Assembly (NCBI RefSeq): GCF_009914755.1
Contig: NC_060932.1
Direction: 5' to 3' (one strand)
Length of the DNA: 64,000 bases
From: the human T2T-CHM13v2.0 reference genome, Homo sapiens
Shown here: piece by piece, positions 12,252-25,539 of the stretch
Numbering within the stretch: the stretch's first letter is position 1
Layout: each line of letters begins with the position of its first letter
Program-made: the position numbers and the translations under genes
The notes under the pieces: model-generated
Databases searched by the model: none
The model's input: the letters and a program-made list of their open reading frames with translations, nothing else
What the model was told of the DNA's origin: nothing

Positions 12252-14385
12252 ACAAAGGGGGAAGTGTTACACACATTCAAACAAGCAGATCTCATGACAG
12301 CTCACTCACAATCATGAGACCAGCAAGAGAGAAATCAGCTTCCATGATCCAATCACCTCCCACTCCCACTATTTCCCTCCCCCATCACTGGCAATTACAA
12401 TTCAACATGAGATTTGGGTGGGACACAGAGCCAAACCATGTCATTCCTCCCCGGTCCCTCCCAAATCTCATATTCTTCTCACATTTCACAACACAATCAG
12501 GCCTTTCCAACCGTCCCCCAAAGTCTTAACTCATTCCAATATTAACTTAAAAGTCCAAGTCCAAAAATCCCATCTGAGAAGAGGCAAGACCCTTCCACCT
12601 ATGAGCCTGTAAAATCAAAAACAAGTTAATTACCTCCAGGATACAATGAGCGTACAGGCATTTGGTAAATGCTTCCATTCCAAAAGGAAGAAATTGGCCA
12701 AAAAAAAGGGAGGCTACAAGCCCCATGCAAATTCAAAACTCAGCAGGGAAGTCATTAAATCTTAAAGCTTCAAAATAATCTCCTCTGACTGTATGTCTCA
12801 CATCCAGCTCATGCTGTTGCAGGGGGTGTGATCCCAAGGCCTTAGGTAGCTCTCTCCCTGTGGCTTGCAGGGTGCAGCCCCCACAGCTACTTTCACAGGC
12901 TAGCATTGAGTGCCTGTGGCTTTTCCAGGTGCACAGTGCAAGCTGTTTGTGGATTTACCATTCTGCAGTCTGAAGGAGGTAGCCCTCTTCTCACAGCTCC
13001 ACTAGGCAGTGCCCCAGTGCTCCCACATTTCTCCTCTGCACTGCCCTAGTAGAGGTTATTCATGAAGGATCTAGCCCTGCTGCAGACTTCTTCACGGACA
13101 CCCAGGCATTTCCGTACATCCTCTGAAATCTAGGCAGAGGCTCCCACACCTCAGCTCCTGCCTTCTGCACACCCATGGTCCAAACACCACATGGAAACTG
13201 CCAAGGTTGGGATTTGCACCCTCACAGCCATGATCTGAGCTGTACCTTGATCCCTTTTAGCCACAGCTGGATCTGGAGTGGCTGGGACACATCAGAGCAC
13301 AGCCTTGGGCTTGGCCCACGAAACAATGTTTCCCTCCTAGGCCTCCAGGCCTGAGATGGGAGGGGCTGATGCAAAGGTCTGTGAAATGCCCTGGAGGTAT
13401 CTTCTCCATTGTCTTGGCTATTAACATTGAGCTTATGAAAATTTCTGCAGCCTTGAATTCCTTCCCCAAAAGTGGGTTTTTCTTTTCTACCCCATGGTTG
13501 AGCCGCAAATTTTCCAAACTTGTATGCTCTTCTTCCCTTTTCAATATAAGTTCTTGTTTCAGGTCATGCAAATGAGTGTAGCCTTTTAGAAGTAGCCAGG
13601 CCACAATTTGAATGCTTTGCTGCTTAGAAATTTCTTCCTCCAGATACCCTAAATCATCTCTCTCAAGTTCAAAGTTCCACAGATCCCTACAGCAGGGGCA
13701 CAATGCCACCAGCCTCATTGCTAAAGCATAGCACAAGTGACCTTTACTCCAGTTCCCAATGAGTTCCTCATCTCCATCTGAGACCAGCTCAGCCTGAACT
13801 TCACTGTCCATATCACTATCAGTATTTTGGCCACAACCATTCAACAAGTTTCTAGGAAGTTCCAGACTTTCCCTCATCTTCCTGTCTTATTCTGATCCCT
13901 CTAAACTATTCCAATCTCTGACCATTACCCAGTTCCAAAGTCACTTCCACATTTTCAGATATCTTTATAGCAATGCCTGAATTCTCTGATGCCAATTTTC
14001 TGGATTAGTCCTTTTTCACACTGCTATAAAGAACTACCTGAGACTGGGTAATTTATGAAGAAAAGAGGTTTAATTGATTCACATTTCCACAGGCAGTACA
14101 GGAGACATGGCTGGAGAGGCCTCAGAAAACTTACAATCATGGCAGAAGGTGAAGGGGAAGCAAGCACATTTTCTTGTGGGTGGCAGGAGAAAGAGATAGT
14201 GAAGAGATAAGTGTTACACACTTTCAAACAACCAGAGCTCATGATAACTCACTCACTATCATGAGAACAGCAAAGGAGAAATCCACCCCCATGATCTAAT
14301 CACCTCCCACTAGGTCCCTCTCCCAACACTGGGGATTATAATTCAATATAAGAGTTGGGTGGGGACACAGAGCCAAACCATATCA
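12039..14385 (-). mobile_element. Complete MSTA-like MaLR provirus: LTR 12039-12443, internal 12444-14000, LTR 14001-14385
   Basis: Two homologous LTRs, 5-bp TSD GTGGG (12034-12038 and 14386-14390), MaLR internal ORF at 13257-13877 (MRESLELPRNLLNG...RDLWNFELERDDLGYL). Confidence 0.93.
12211..12250. repeat. (GA)n microsatellite within the LTR
   Basis: About 20 AG units. Confidence 0.95.
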
Positions 14386-15063
14386 GTGGGACTCATAAGG
14401 GTGCATGGTTCAATATACACAAATCGACGTGTGATAGATTAACAATAGGAAGGACAAAAACCATATAATTATTTCAATAGACATAGATAAAGCATTTAAC
14501 AAAACTCAACATCCCTTCACAATAAAATCTCTCAACAAATTAGGTATAGAAGGTACGTACCTCAGCATCATAAAGGCATAATATACAGAATGTGGGAAAA
14601 TTGAAAGGTTTTTCTCTACTTCTATTAATAGAAGTGGTTTTTCTCTACTTCTACTTAATAGAAGTGGTTTTTCACACTTCTATTCAACATTGTACTAGAA
14701 GCCCTGCCCAGAGAAATCAGACAGGAGAATGAAATAAAAGTTCTCCAAATTGGAAAAGAGGAATTCAAATTGTCCCTGTTTGCAGATGACATGACCTTGT
14801 AGGTAAAACACCCTAAAGACTCCACCAAAAAACTGTTACATCTAATAAATGAATTTAGTAAATTTTCAGGATACAAAATCAATATATAAAAACCAGTAGC
14901 ATTTTTGTTTGCTAATAGCGAACTATCTAAAAAATAAGCAAAAAAAAAAAAAATCCTATTTACAATAGCTACAAAAATAATAAGATACTTGGGAATAAAT
15001 TTAACCACGGAGGCGAAAGGGATCTACACTGAAAACTATAAAACATTGACGAGGACCACCTGT

Positions 15064-17215
15064 GGGGAGGGGCCAAAATGGGCGACTAGAAACAGCTGTG
15101 GTCAGAGGCTCCCATCTAGAAGAACGAAAACAGCAAGTGAATCCTGATCCAGCAACTCGGTATCCAAGTTATTTCATTGGGACTGACTAGACGGTTGGCA
15201 TGACTCAGAGAGTGAGGAAAAGCTGAGTGGTGAGACAGACCACCTGGGAAAGGGGAGCTCCCACCCCAAAGCCAAGGGAGGCAGTGAGTGATCATGCTAC
15301 CCTGCCCAGGAAACCACTCTTTTTCCACAGATCTGTGCGACACACGGATCAGGAGATCCCCCTCGTGAGCTGACGCCACCAAGGCCTTGGGTCCCAAGTA
15401 CAGAACTGTGCAGAGTCCCAGTGGCGACTAAGACTGCCTAAGACTATTGAGTTCCCAGGGTAAGGAGCAGCCATCATCACTGAGGCTACCTGCTGTCTAA
15501 GACAATGAGCTCCCGGCGGGGAGGGGCAGCAGCCATCACTGCAGCTCCAGTCTGCCCCTTTTCCCCTGTCAGTGCTGGGGAGACCGGATGGATTGGACCC
15601 AGGAGGAATTCCCTACAGCCCAGCACAGCGGCTGTGGCCCATCTTGGCCAGACTGCCTCTTTAGGCAGGACTTAGACTCCTCCCTCTTCACTGTGTGGGG
15701 CCTCCCTACAAGAATCTCAGCAACTCCAGCCAGGGGTTTAGGGACAAAATTCTGATCTCCCTGGGACTAAGCCCCTAGCAGCAGGGGCGGCCACGGTCTC
15801 TGTGGATAAGCAGGCTTAGTCTTCTCCCTGCTGGCTCTGAGGAACCTGGGCAGTTCCGACGAGTGGGATTCCTTCAGCGCAGTGCACCCCCATCGCCAAG
15901 GGGCAGCCAGAGTGCTTCATTAAGTGGGTGCCTGATCCCGTACCTCCTGACTGGGTGAGACCCCCCAAGAGGGGTCACCAAACACCTTATACAGGATATT
16001 TCCCACTGGCATCAGGTTGGTGCCCCTGTGGTAGAGATCCCAGAGGAAGGATCAGGCAGCCATTTCTGCTGTTCTGCAGCCTCCACTAGTGACACCTCCA
16101 GGTACAGGAGGGGCCCAGACGAATAGGAGTGAATCCCCAGCAAACTGCAGCAGCCCTACGGAAGCACATAGGCCTACGGGCCCTATGGAAGTGGAGCCAG
16201 ACTGTTAAAAGAAAAACAAACAGAAAGCAACAACAACAACAGAATCGACAAAAATGTCCCCACAAAAACCCCATCCAAAAGTTAGCAGCCTCAAAGATCA
16301 AAGCTAGATAAACTAACGAAGATGAGAAAGACTCAACGAGAAAACACTGAAAACTCAAAAAGCCAGAGTGCCTCTTCTCCAAATGATCGCAATACCTTTC
16401 CAGCAAGGGCACAGAACTGGGCCGAGGCTGAGATGGATGAAATGCAGAAGTAGGCTTCAGAAGGTGGATAATAAAAAACTTTGCTGAGTTAAAGGAGCAT
16501 GTTCTAACCCAATGCAAAAAAGCTAAGAACCATGATAAAACTTTACAGCAGCTGTTAACCAGAATAACCAGTTTAAGAATAACATAAATGACCTGACAGA
16601 GCTGAAAAACACAGCACGAGAACTTCACAATGCAAAGACAAGTATCAATACCTGAATAGAGAAAGCAGAGGAAAACATTTCAGGGATTGAAGGCTATCTT
16701 GCTAAAATAAGACAAGCAATCTAATCCCTGTCTAAATAAGACAGAGGAAGCTAATCTTGTCTGCCTGTCTTATTTCAACAACATAGTCTAATCCAAATGC
16801 CCATCAATGATAGACTGGATAAAGAAAGTGTGGTACATATACACCATGGAATACCATACGGCCATAAAAAGAAACGAGACCATGTCCTTTGCAGGGACAT
16901 GGATGGAGCTGGAAGCCAACATCCTCAGCAAACTAACAGGAACAGAAAACCAAATACTGCATGTTCTCACTTATAAGTGGGAGCTGAACAATGAGAACAC
17001 CTGGACATAGGAAAGAGAAGAACAGGTTCTAGAGCCTGTAGGGGGTGGACAGGAGGGAGAGCATCAGGATAAATAGCTAATGCATGCTAGGCTTAATACC
17101 CAGGTGATGGGCTGATAAGTGCAGCAAACCACCATGGCACAAATTTACCTATGTAATAAACCTGCACATACTGCACATGTATCCTGGAACTTAAAATTAA
17201 ATCAAATTAAAATTT
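15064..17215 (+). mobile_element. Internally deleted L1PA (approx. L1PA11-13) nested in the L1MA: intact 5'UTR, ORF1 start, jump to ORF2 end and 3'UTR
   Basis: 5' end ggggaggggccaaaatgggcgactagaa, ORF1 ATG at ~16322, junction at 16718-16790, then IDWIKKVWYIYTMEY and an L1PA 3'UTR with an A-rich tail; host L1MA sequence resumes afterwards. Confidence 0.88.
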
Positions 17216-18231
17216 TAAAAATTGTTGAAAAATATTGAAGAGGACTCAAATAAGTATCCAGTAGTCTTCGATGGGAAGAATTAATGCCATTAAAATTTCC
17301 ATACTACTCAAAGTCATCTACATATTCAATGTAGATGACTACATTTTGATATTCTCTATCAAAAGAATATCAATATCCTGTGATATTCTTCACAGGAACA
17401 GAAATAATCCTGGAACTACAAATTACCTTAAGAATCCAAAGCAATCTTCAAAAAGAACAAAAGTAGAAGCATTATACAACCTGACTTCAAAATATACCTC
17501 AAAGCTATAGAAACAGCACAGTACTGGCATAAAATCAGATGCACAGACCAGTGGAAAAGATTAAACAGCTCAGAAATAAGTCTATGCATTGACACCCAAC
17601 CGATTTTCCATAGAGATGTCAAGAGCACACATTGGTGAAAGGATAGTCTCTTCATTGTGCTGCTGGAAAAATTATACATCGACATGCAAAATAATAAACC
17701 TAGACCCCTCTCTAACCACATACAGAAACCAACTCCAAATGGATTAAAGACTTAAGTGTAATGCTTGGAACCATGAAGCTACTAGGAAAACACAGAGGAA
17801 ATGATTCATGACATTGGACTAGGCAAGGTTTTCTTTTGAATAAACAGGCAACAAAAGCAAAAATAGACAAATAAGATTACATCAGACTGAAAAGCTTCTG
17901 CACAGAAAAGGGAGTAATCAAGCAAGTGAAGAGACAATATGGATAACAGAAGAAATTATTTGTAAACTGCACATATTCATCCCCTGAAAACAGCAATGGG
18001 TTACTATCCGGAAAATATGAGGAACTCCACTCAATAGCAAAATAACAAATAATCTAATTTTAAAATGTCAAAGAATCTTAATAGATATTTCTCCAAAGAA
18101 GACGTACAAATGGACAACAGGTACATGAAAAAATGTTCAACATTACTAATCAACAGGAAAATACAAGTTAAAACAATAATGAAATATTACCTTACTCCAG
18201 TTAGAGTGGCTGTTATCAAAAAGACAAAAGA

Positions 18232-18522
18232 GGCCGGGTGCAGTGGCTCATGCCTGTAATTGCAGCACTTTGGGAGGCCGAGGTGGGCAGATCACCTGAG
18301 GTCAGGAGTTTGAGACCAGCCTGGCCAACATGGTGAAACCCCATTACTACAAAAATACAAAAATTATCCAGGCATAATGGCAGATGCCTGTAATCCCAGC
18401 TACTCGGGAGGCTGAGGCAGGAGAATCGCCTGAACCCAGAAGGCAGAGGTTGCAGTGGGCGAGATGACACCACTGCACTCCAGCCTGGGTGACAGAGTGA
18501 GACTCTGCCTCAAAAAAAAAAA
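18232..18522 (+). mobile_element. AluS (Sx/Sz-like)
   Basis: Full Alu; TSD aaaaagacaa(a/c)aga. Confidence 0.95.
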
Positions 18523-20059
18523 GACAACAGATAAAAATGTTGGCAAGGATGTGGAGAAAAAAGAACCCTTACACAGGCTATTCAGAATGTAAACCAGTAC
18601 AGCTATTATGGAAAACATTATGGAGGTTCCTCAAAAAATTAAAAATAGAACTACAGTATGATCCAGCAATACCACTGCTGGGTTTATATCCAAAGGAAAA
18701 AAAAATCAGCATGTCAAATAGATATCTGTACTCTCCTGTTTATTGTAGCACTATTCACTATAGCTAAAATATGGAATCAACCTAAGTGTCCAACACTTAG
18801 GTTGAAATGTAGTGTAGATATACAATGGTATACTATTCAGACATAAAAAAATAGAGTCCTGTCCTTTGTAACAACATGGATGAAGCTAAAGGACATTATG
18901 ATAGTAAAATTAGCCAGACATAGAAAGAGAAATACCATATAATCACACTCAGATGAGGAATCTATAAAAGTTGATCTTGTGGAGAGTATAACAGTGGTTA
19001 TCAGAGACTGGGGAGAGTAGGAGGGATGGGGAATGAGGAGAGACGGGTAAAGGGTACAAAGCTGCCATTATATAAGAGGAATAAATTTTGGTGTTTTCTT
19101 GCACAGTAAGGTGACTATAGATAACAATAATGTATTGTATACTTTAAAATAGCTAAAAGAGAGGATTTTGAATGATCTCACTACACAGAAATGATGATTA
19201 AGGTGATGTATATGCTAATTACCATGACTTGATCATTACTCAATGTATCTATGTATTGAAACATCACATTGTACTACATAAGTATGTATCAATATTATGT
19301 GTCCATTAAAAAAATAAAATACTTAAGGTAGTCAAAGCATAAGAAGTATTTCAATACATGTTTAAAAGAATATTTTTATTCTAAACTATCCAAAATCACT
19401 AACATTAAAAAATAAGTACAAATTATAATTTATATGAATTTGTAATTAAAATTATTTAAAGCAGTATTTTACATCTTTTAAAAATGTAATTATATCTCAT
19501 TAAATACTTTTATAAGAATAAAACCTTTGTAATTCTAGTTTCGCATCCATTTAGTATAGAATATAAATGCCACACTTTATAGAACGGCATATACAGAAAT
19601 TTATGAGTAATATAGATTAATACTATAAAATACTTCTCAGCCATCACATGCAACTATTGCAAATACTGCAATAATTCATGAAAATTTTTAGAAACACAAA
19701 TTGGAACATAAAGAGGGAAAATAGGTGTTTGGATTCCTAGAAAATAATACTTAATTGTACACATATATGCTTCATTCATGCTATTTGCAGTCAAATGCTC
19801 TACCTCCTCTATTATGCTATTCGAAAGAAGAATTTAACAATTAATTTACTGTTTCTCTTACCTAAGCATTTTTGCCTCTCAAATTCCACACGCACTTTGA
19901 AGCATGTCAGCTATGGCATAACTCACAATGTATTTTATGGCACCAAAATGGTGATACTTATGAAAATGGATTTTTCAGGTTAATGGTCATTCTGTGCTAA
20001 TGGACCGTATAGGATTCTGAGTGTCACACATGCTCATATGATCTTAATAAACTGTATGA

Positions 20060-20075
20060 ATGTGTGTGTGTATAC

Positions 20076-20132
<57 letters not shown>
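20060..20132. repeat. Compound (TG)/(CA)/(TA) microsatellite
   Basis: Read directly from the sequence. Confidence 0.95.
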
Positions 20133-20594
20133 CAGGAGGTATTTCTGTTGACCCATTTAATTACAGTACTGACTGTACTAAAATAGCTAAAAGAGAGGAT
20201 TTTGAATGATCTCACTACACAGAAATGATTATTTCTGTGGAAATCATCATTAAGCAGTGGAACTGACTGTAAATTTGTTTACAACAATATTTACTTTTTT
20301 AACTTTAAAACTCACAAGTAGAAAATAATTTCTTCAGTAGGCAAGATACAGATGGAAAAATTGGTGGTGGTTATAGGTAGTATTTAAAACAGCAACTCAA
20401 AAATGAGCTTTAGCTTACACACAACTTATTTCTTTTAAAAGAAATATCATCAAAGAACAACACCACCATTTTCAGGTTCCCCTTCCTGGTCAAAGAGGTG
20501 GTAGAAGAAATGGGAAGACTGTAGCAATCTAGGTTTTGTGGAGAAAAAACATATGAGTAGGGAAAAAGATGAGGAGAAGGAAGAAGAACATCAT

Positions 20595-20825
20595 CAAATA
20601 GCATTCACTATGTGCCAAAGACTGGGTTATACCTTACAAACATTTTGTCATTCAACCATGACCATAAAACTATGAACTGGGAATTAACCCTATTTTACAG
20701 ATGAAGCAGCTGAGGACCAGGGAGGTTAGGAAACCTGATCCAAGTAAAACAACTAATTGGTAGGGATGGGATTCAAACCTAGTCTAAATCTAAAGCCCAT
20801 TCTCTTACCCACCACCCTCCTACTG
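20595..20825 (-). mobile_element. MIR
   Basis: Core ccctattttacagatgaagcagctgagg...gggattcaaaccta. Confidence 0.85.
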
Positions 20826-21704
20826 CAAATGTATCGAAACCAAGATAGATGCAGATGTTGAGAGTACAAGATACAGATAGATGGTGGACAGTTTGGGGAC
20901 AGAGGGAAAATATTTGTAAGCTGGAGAAAAGTATCTAGACAGTGCATGAAGCAGATACGTACTCAGAAGGCAAGAAATAGAAAATAAAATAAAAAATAAA
21001 AAGCCAAGGGAATAAATTGATAGGAATTAGAAATGGCTGGGAAAGCAATATGGGCTAATTTTGAACTCTTGAAATTGGATGGATCAATCATACTCCTGTA
21101 AGTCTTCAGGCAGAAACTTTGTTGAAAGGGTAAATATTTGTTCAGCTTTTTCTTTTTGGCAGTAAAAATAATTAACATTCTGTCTTTTCTTTGTGCTGGG
21201 AAACATCATACATTTAACCAAATACACAGAAAATGTCTTTGTTGATGATCAGGTAAAACAGAGTGCCCACGATTCTGTCCATATGCCAAAATCTCATGAA
21301 TATATAAACTAGAGGGAGAAGTGGTGTTTGCAGTCATATGTAGATCCAGCGTTTTCAGAAAAGCCAACTCTTCATTGTGGTTATGAATATATGGTGTCAA
21401 ATTTGGTCATATTCAGAAATGGTTAAGGAAAACTGAACTAGATAAACTATTGAGAGATTTTTCTGGTCTTTAATTCTGCTTTTTTTTCTTTAATTTTAAA
21501 GCAAAATTTAGATACATTTCTAATCTTGCCCATAATTGCACATTGATACCAGAAAAGACCATAAAGCCGTTATAATTCACTATCTCCTAACAAAGTGACG
21601 CACCAGCTTAAATCTTGAACTCCAATAGCATTTTGTCAGCAGGTTTGTTTTCTTACTAAACCCTCTGAATAAAAGGGTAAAAAATATTCCTAAATAATGT
21701 AATG

Positions 21705-21896
21705 CAGTGGCTTTCTCAAAATGTAGTGCTGGAACCACCAGCAGCAGCATCGCTTGAGAATTCATCAGAAATGCACATTTTTAGACCTTAGCTCTAGATG
21801 TATTGAATCAGAAACAACAAGGGCTGGGGCTCAGTGGTCTGTGTTTTCACACGCACTCTAGGTGATTCTGCTGCATGCTAAAGCTGAAAACCACTG
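21705..21896 (+). mobile_element. MER5A (hAT-Charlie MITE)
   Basis: TIRs cagtggctttctcaaa...tgaaaaccactg, typical body, similar 8-bp flanks atgtaatg/gtgtagtg. Confidence 0.88.
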
Positions 21897-24800
21897 GTGT
21901 AGTGGATCTTTGTGTGCATAGTGTGAAGGGGTGTCTGAGAACCATGATGTCCTACACAACAGGAATCAAACAGGCTTTGCTAAATGTTTTCAGGATTACT
22001 CATGGTATACAATGAGAAGGTTTCTAAGACTACCACTATGAAAACTTTGGGTCGCTCAATGGTGATTAGACGAGACGGCAATGCACAGTCTCCTAAATAT
22101 TCCATCTTCAGAAAATTCCCAATTAAAGAGTAAATATGCTGATTCGATAAGCTTTTATTGAGTAACACTTGACTATTTGGATTGACTCTCATCTCATCTA
22201 ACTTAAAAAAATAATAATTTTCTGTTTCTTTGTCTGTCTTGCTTAATAGATGGTTAGCTTCTTGTGGTTAGGAAACATGTCTTATTGACCTTTGCATGAC
22301 CTATGGAAGTGACAGATCCTGGAACACAGTCTATGGTCAATAAATGCTAGTGGGAAGAAGGACAATGCAGAAGAGAGGTTGGGAGGGAGGAAGAGAAAGA
22401 GGGATCAAGTTGAATGAAAAAAGGAATTAAAAGAGGGCTTTTAGATAAGCACATTCAGTAATGATTTTATTATGGTACATGAATTTTATTTTCAAATAGT
22501 GTGGTCTGAGAAATAGAAGCATCCCTCAAATTACTCAACATATGATACAACTAAGAATATAAATATGTGGTTAAGTACATGCCATTAATATTTGTAGGTG
22601 CCAATTTTTACATATCCTTTGGTAACATTATTCATGCAGTTTTTCTATGTATTTTCCCCACAAAACAATTCCATTTTCTTAAATAATAATAATTGCTAGC
22701 AGCCCAATTCTAATAAACAACCCACAATAAGTCAGTATGTGCCCATATAGAGGAAAGAGAAAGGATTACTTCAGAAAACAGATGTCAGTTTCAAGCTTCC
22801 AAGGATTTATTATAAACAGAAATGAGTAAAGAACATGAAAAATACTTTGGCAGTGCTATTTGAATACAGAGCTAATGAAAGGCTATATTCACCATCAAAT
22901 GTATGCTAACAGCCAAATTGCCAGAAAATCTACTGTTTCACGAGTAGTCTATGCCAAAACACAGGCTACAATTATACATAAAAAATGGTTAAACAAAATG
23001 TGAAACAGCAGGATTAACTTTCTACTGGGAAATCTGTTTCAGTATAATTGCATTCTGTTGTGACAAATAGGAAATATATGCAAATAATGAATTAGAAATC
23101 AATTTCGAATAAACAATGTTACAGAAAAAAAGAAATTCTAAGAGTAAAATTTATAAATTAGGCATTACTGTGACCCACTACTTTCTCTTTAATATTCCTT
23201 TCAATAAATACTTTAATAATAATGTAGAGTAATGATATATATGCAAGCCCGTTATTACTAACTCTGAATATGATTTTATCATTTTTCATTCTGGCCATTT
23301 TGCTATATGAACAACTATGAGGAAAAAAGTCTTAACATTTGCATTGAGAAAATTTAGCATTTTTGAAGAACAAAACTGTCTAGTAAATATTTTAAATTAA
23401 ATAGATGTTTATGTTTTACAGTTTTGTGAGTCTTACTGGTTTTGGTTTTTTGGTTTGTGGTTGTTCTGAGTTGTTGTGTTGTTATTGCTGTTTAGAGCAC
23501 CAACCAAATGACATCATAAAAAGTTACTTTATAATTTTTAATCACATATATTTCAAATTGCAAATAGAGTGTTTAGACAATACACTCTTTGGAAGAACCC
23601 ATTATAATACAGAGTAGTGTGGGAGGAGGAGATGCTACATTTATTTTAAGAGAGGGGAAAAAATCTGTATTTCATTTGTTACACTGCTAACTTCACTTTA
23701 GGTAATTGCATTCAGCTTTATTATTGCCCAGAGCAATAACTGATTGTTAGTTATTGAAGTCTGAAATGATTTTCTCATTTCCCAGGGGAATCTAGAGATT
23801 TACATGGTGCACAGCAGTAACTAATAGATATAATCTGGTCATAATGTAGCCATATAATGTGTTATTTACTTGTGGAGAACATAGATGTTCAACATTTTAA
23901 CATTTCCTCAAGAAGAGTGAGCTATTTTATTCAAGATATATAAACATTAACTGTAACTGCTTGACCTTTTAAAGACTATCAAAATATCAGAATCTTTTTT
24001 AAAATGTATCCGGCAATAACAACATTTTATTAAAATTTATAAAATTATCTATTTATAGGTATATGAACTAATATATAAAGATAGTTTTCCTTTTGTAATT
24101 AAAAATTTGTTTTACTTAGATGCTTTTCAAAAAGTACTTTACATTATTTTAAAATTTCTTTACATAATTCTAGTGTATTTCTAAAATTCCAGCTAAATTG
24201 TCAGATTTAACATATAACCAAAGTAATATAATACTACAAAGCAAATTTAGTGGTGGTTATTCTGCAAGCATGTTTTATTTTTTTAAATAATTAACCCTTT
24301 TCCCCATTATAAATTTTACTTTTATAGTTTTGCTAACTTCTCACTCAGAAAGTTAAAAAAGCATAAGCTTTTTTTTTTTTTTGCTTCTTTATCTTATTTA
24401 TTTAAGGTGTATAGCTTGAATTCTAACTAGGAATGACACACACACACAAACCCAAAACGATGGAGAAAGATGCAACTTTCTAACAAATCCTCGCTTTTGC
24501 TGTTCAGGATGCTATCTTTCTTTATAACATAAGGGTATTGGCATGCTCTCATTCTGTGCAAAATGTACATGGAATGAAAATTTATTGCTCATGATTCTTG
24601 AATAAATAAAATTCTAAAGCAGCATAGCATAATAGGGGCAAATGTTTTATTAAAGGAGGTTTTTCTTTTTCTTTTTTTTCTATTCAACTGATATAAATGT
24701 TTTATGAAGGTTTCAGAGTATTCCTCCTGGAAGCATTATGGGGCCTGTACTTTTCACAAAGCAGGAGAGATTTTTGCATCTTACTCCCATTAACCCTAAT

Positions 24801-25539
24801 GAGTGTTCTCCACAAAACACCTTGTGCATCAGAAAATAAAAACACCTTTTTTTAAGTAAAAAAATAAATAAAACAGAACTTTCCTGAGCTATGCATAGAG
24901 ATTTATATTCTTCAGAACTGAACTTAATAAATATAATGTATGTTAAAAACATCCTAATTCTTTACTAATTCTTGAAATCCTCATTGAAAACTGATGATCT
25001 TGAATGCTTCTTAGCAAAGATTTACTTGCAAAGAGCTTCAGTAAGGACTCACATTACTCAGAGTATAAAATATAGTATAAAGTCTGATCATAAATAATTT
25101 AGAGTAGTGTCATCACAATAAATGAACAAAGTACATTTTACAAAACAATCCTACTGATTTTTAAAAATATGTTTCCCACTTGGTAATTCAAAAAAGACAA
25201 ATTTTCTGAGTTTCCATGTGTCCTCTGGCATTATCTTTAGGTTTTAAAATCAGTTGTTATTTTCTAATCTAATCAGAAATTATTCAGTGCAATGTGTACA
25301 AAAGGGAATATAAGATGCACATTTGGCTTCATTAACAACTAGTTTTCTAATCTAGTCTTGGAGAAACAGTTCTATCAACAATGGAGCAAAGTTTACTTTT
25401 ACTTTTAATTTTATTAAGATTTAATGCAAAAAATTTACAAAGTTTGTTCCACAAATATTTCACTTTTGTAGAGAACTCAAATGTATAAAACCTTTTTAAA
25501 TTCAGTTCTTATTTTTAAAATGTGGATCCTTATAACAAT

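Noticed and set aside
14607-14690. CRISPR-like palindromic direct repeats
   Set aside because: Only ~2.5 abutting units, no spacers, inside a primate L1 and with no cas genes
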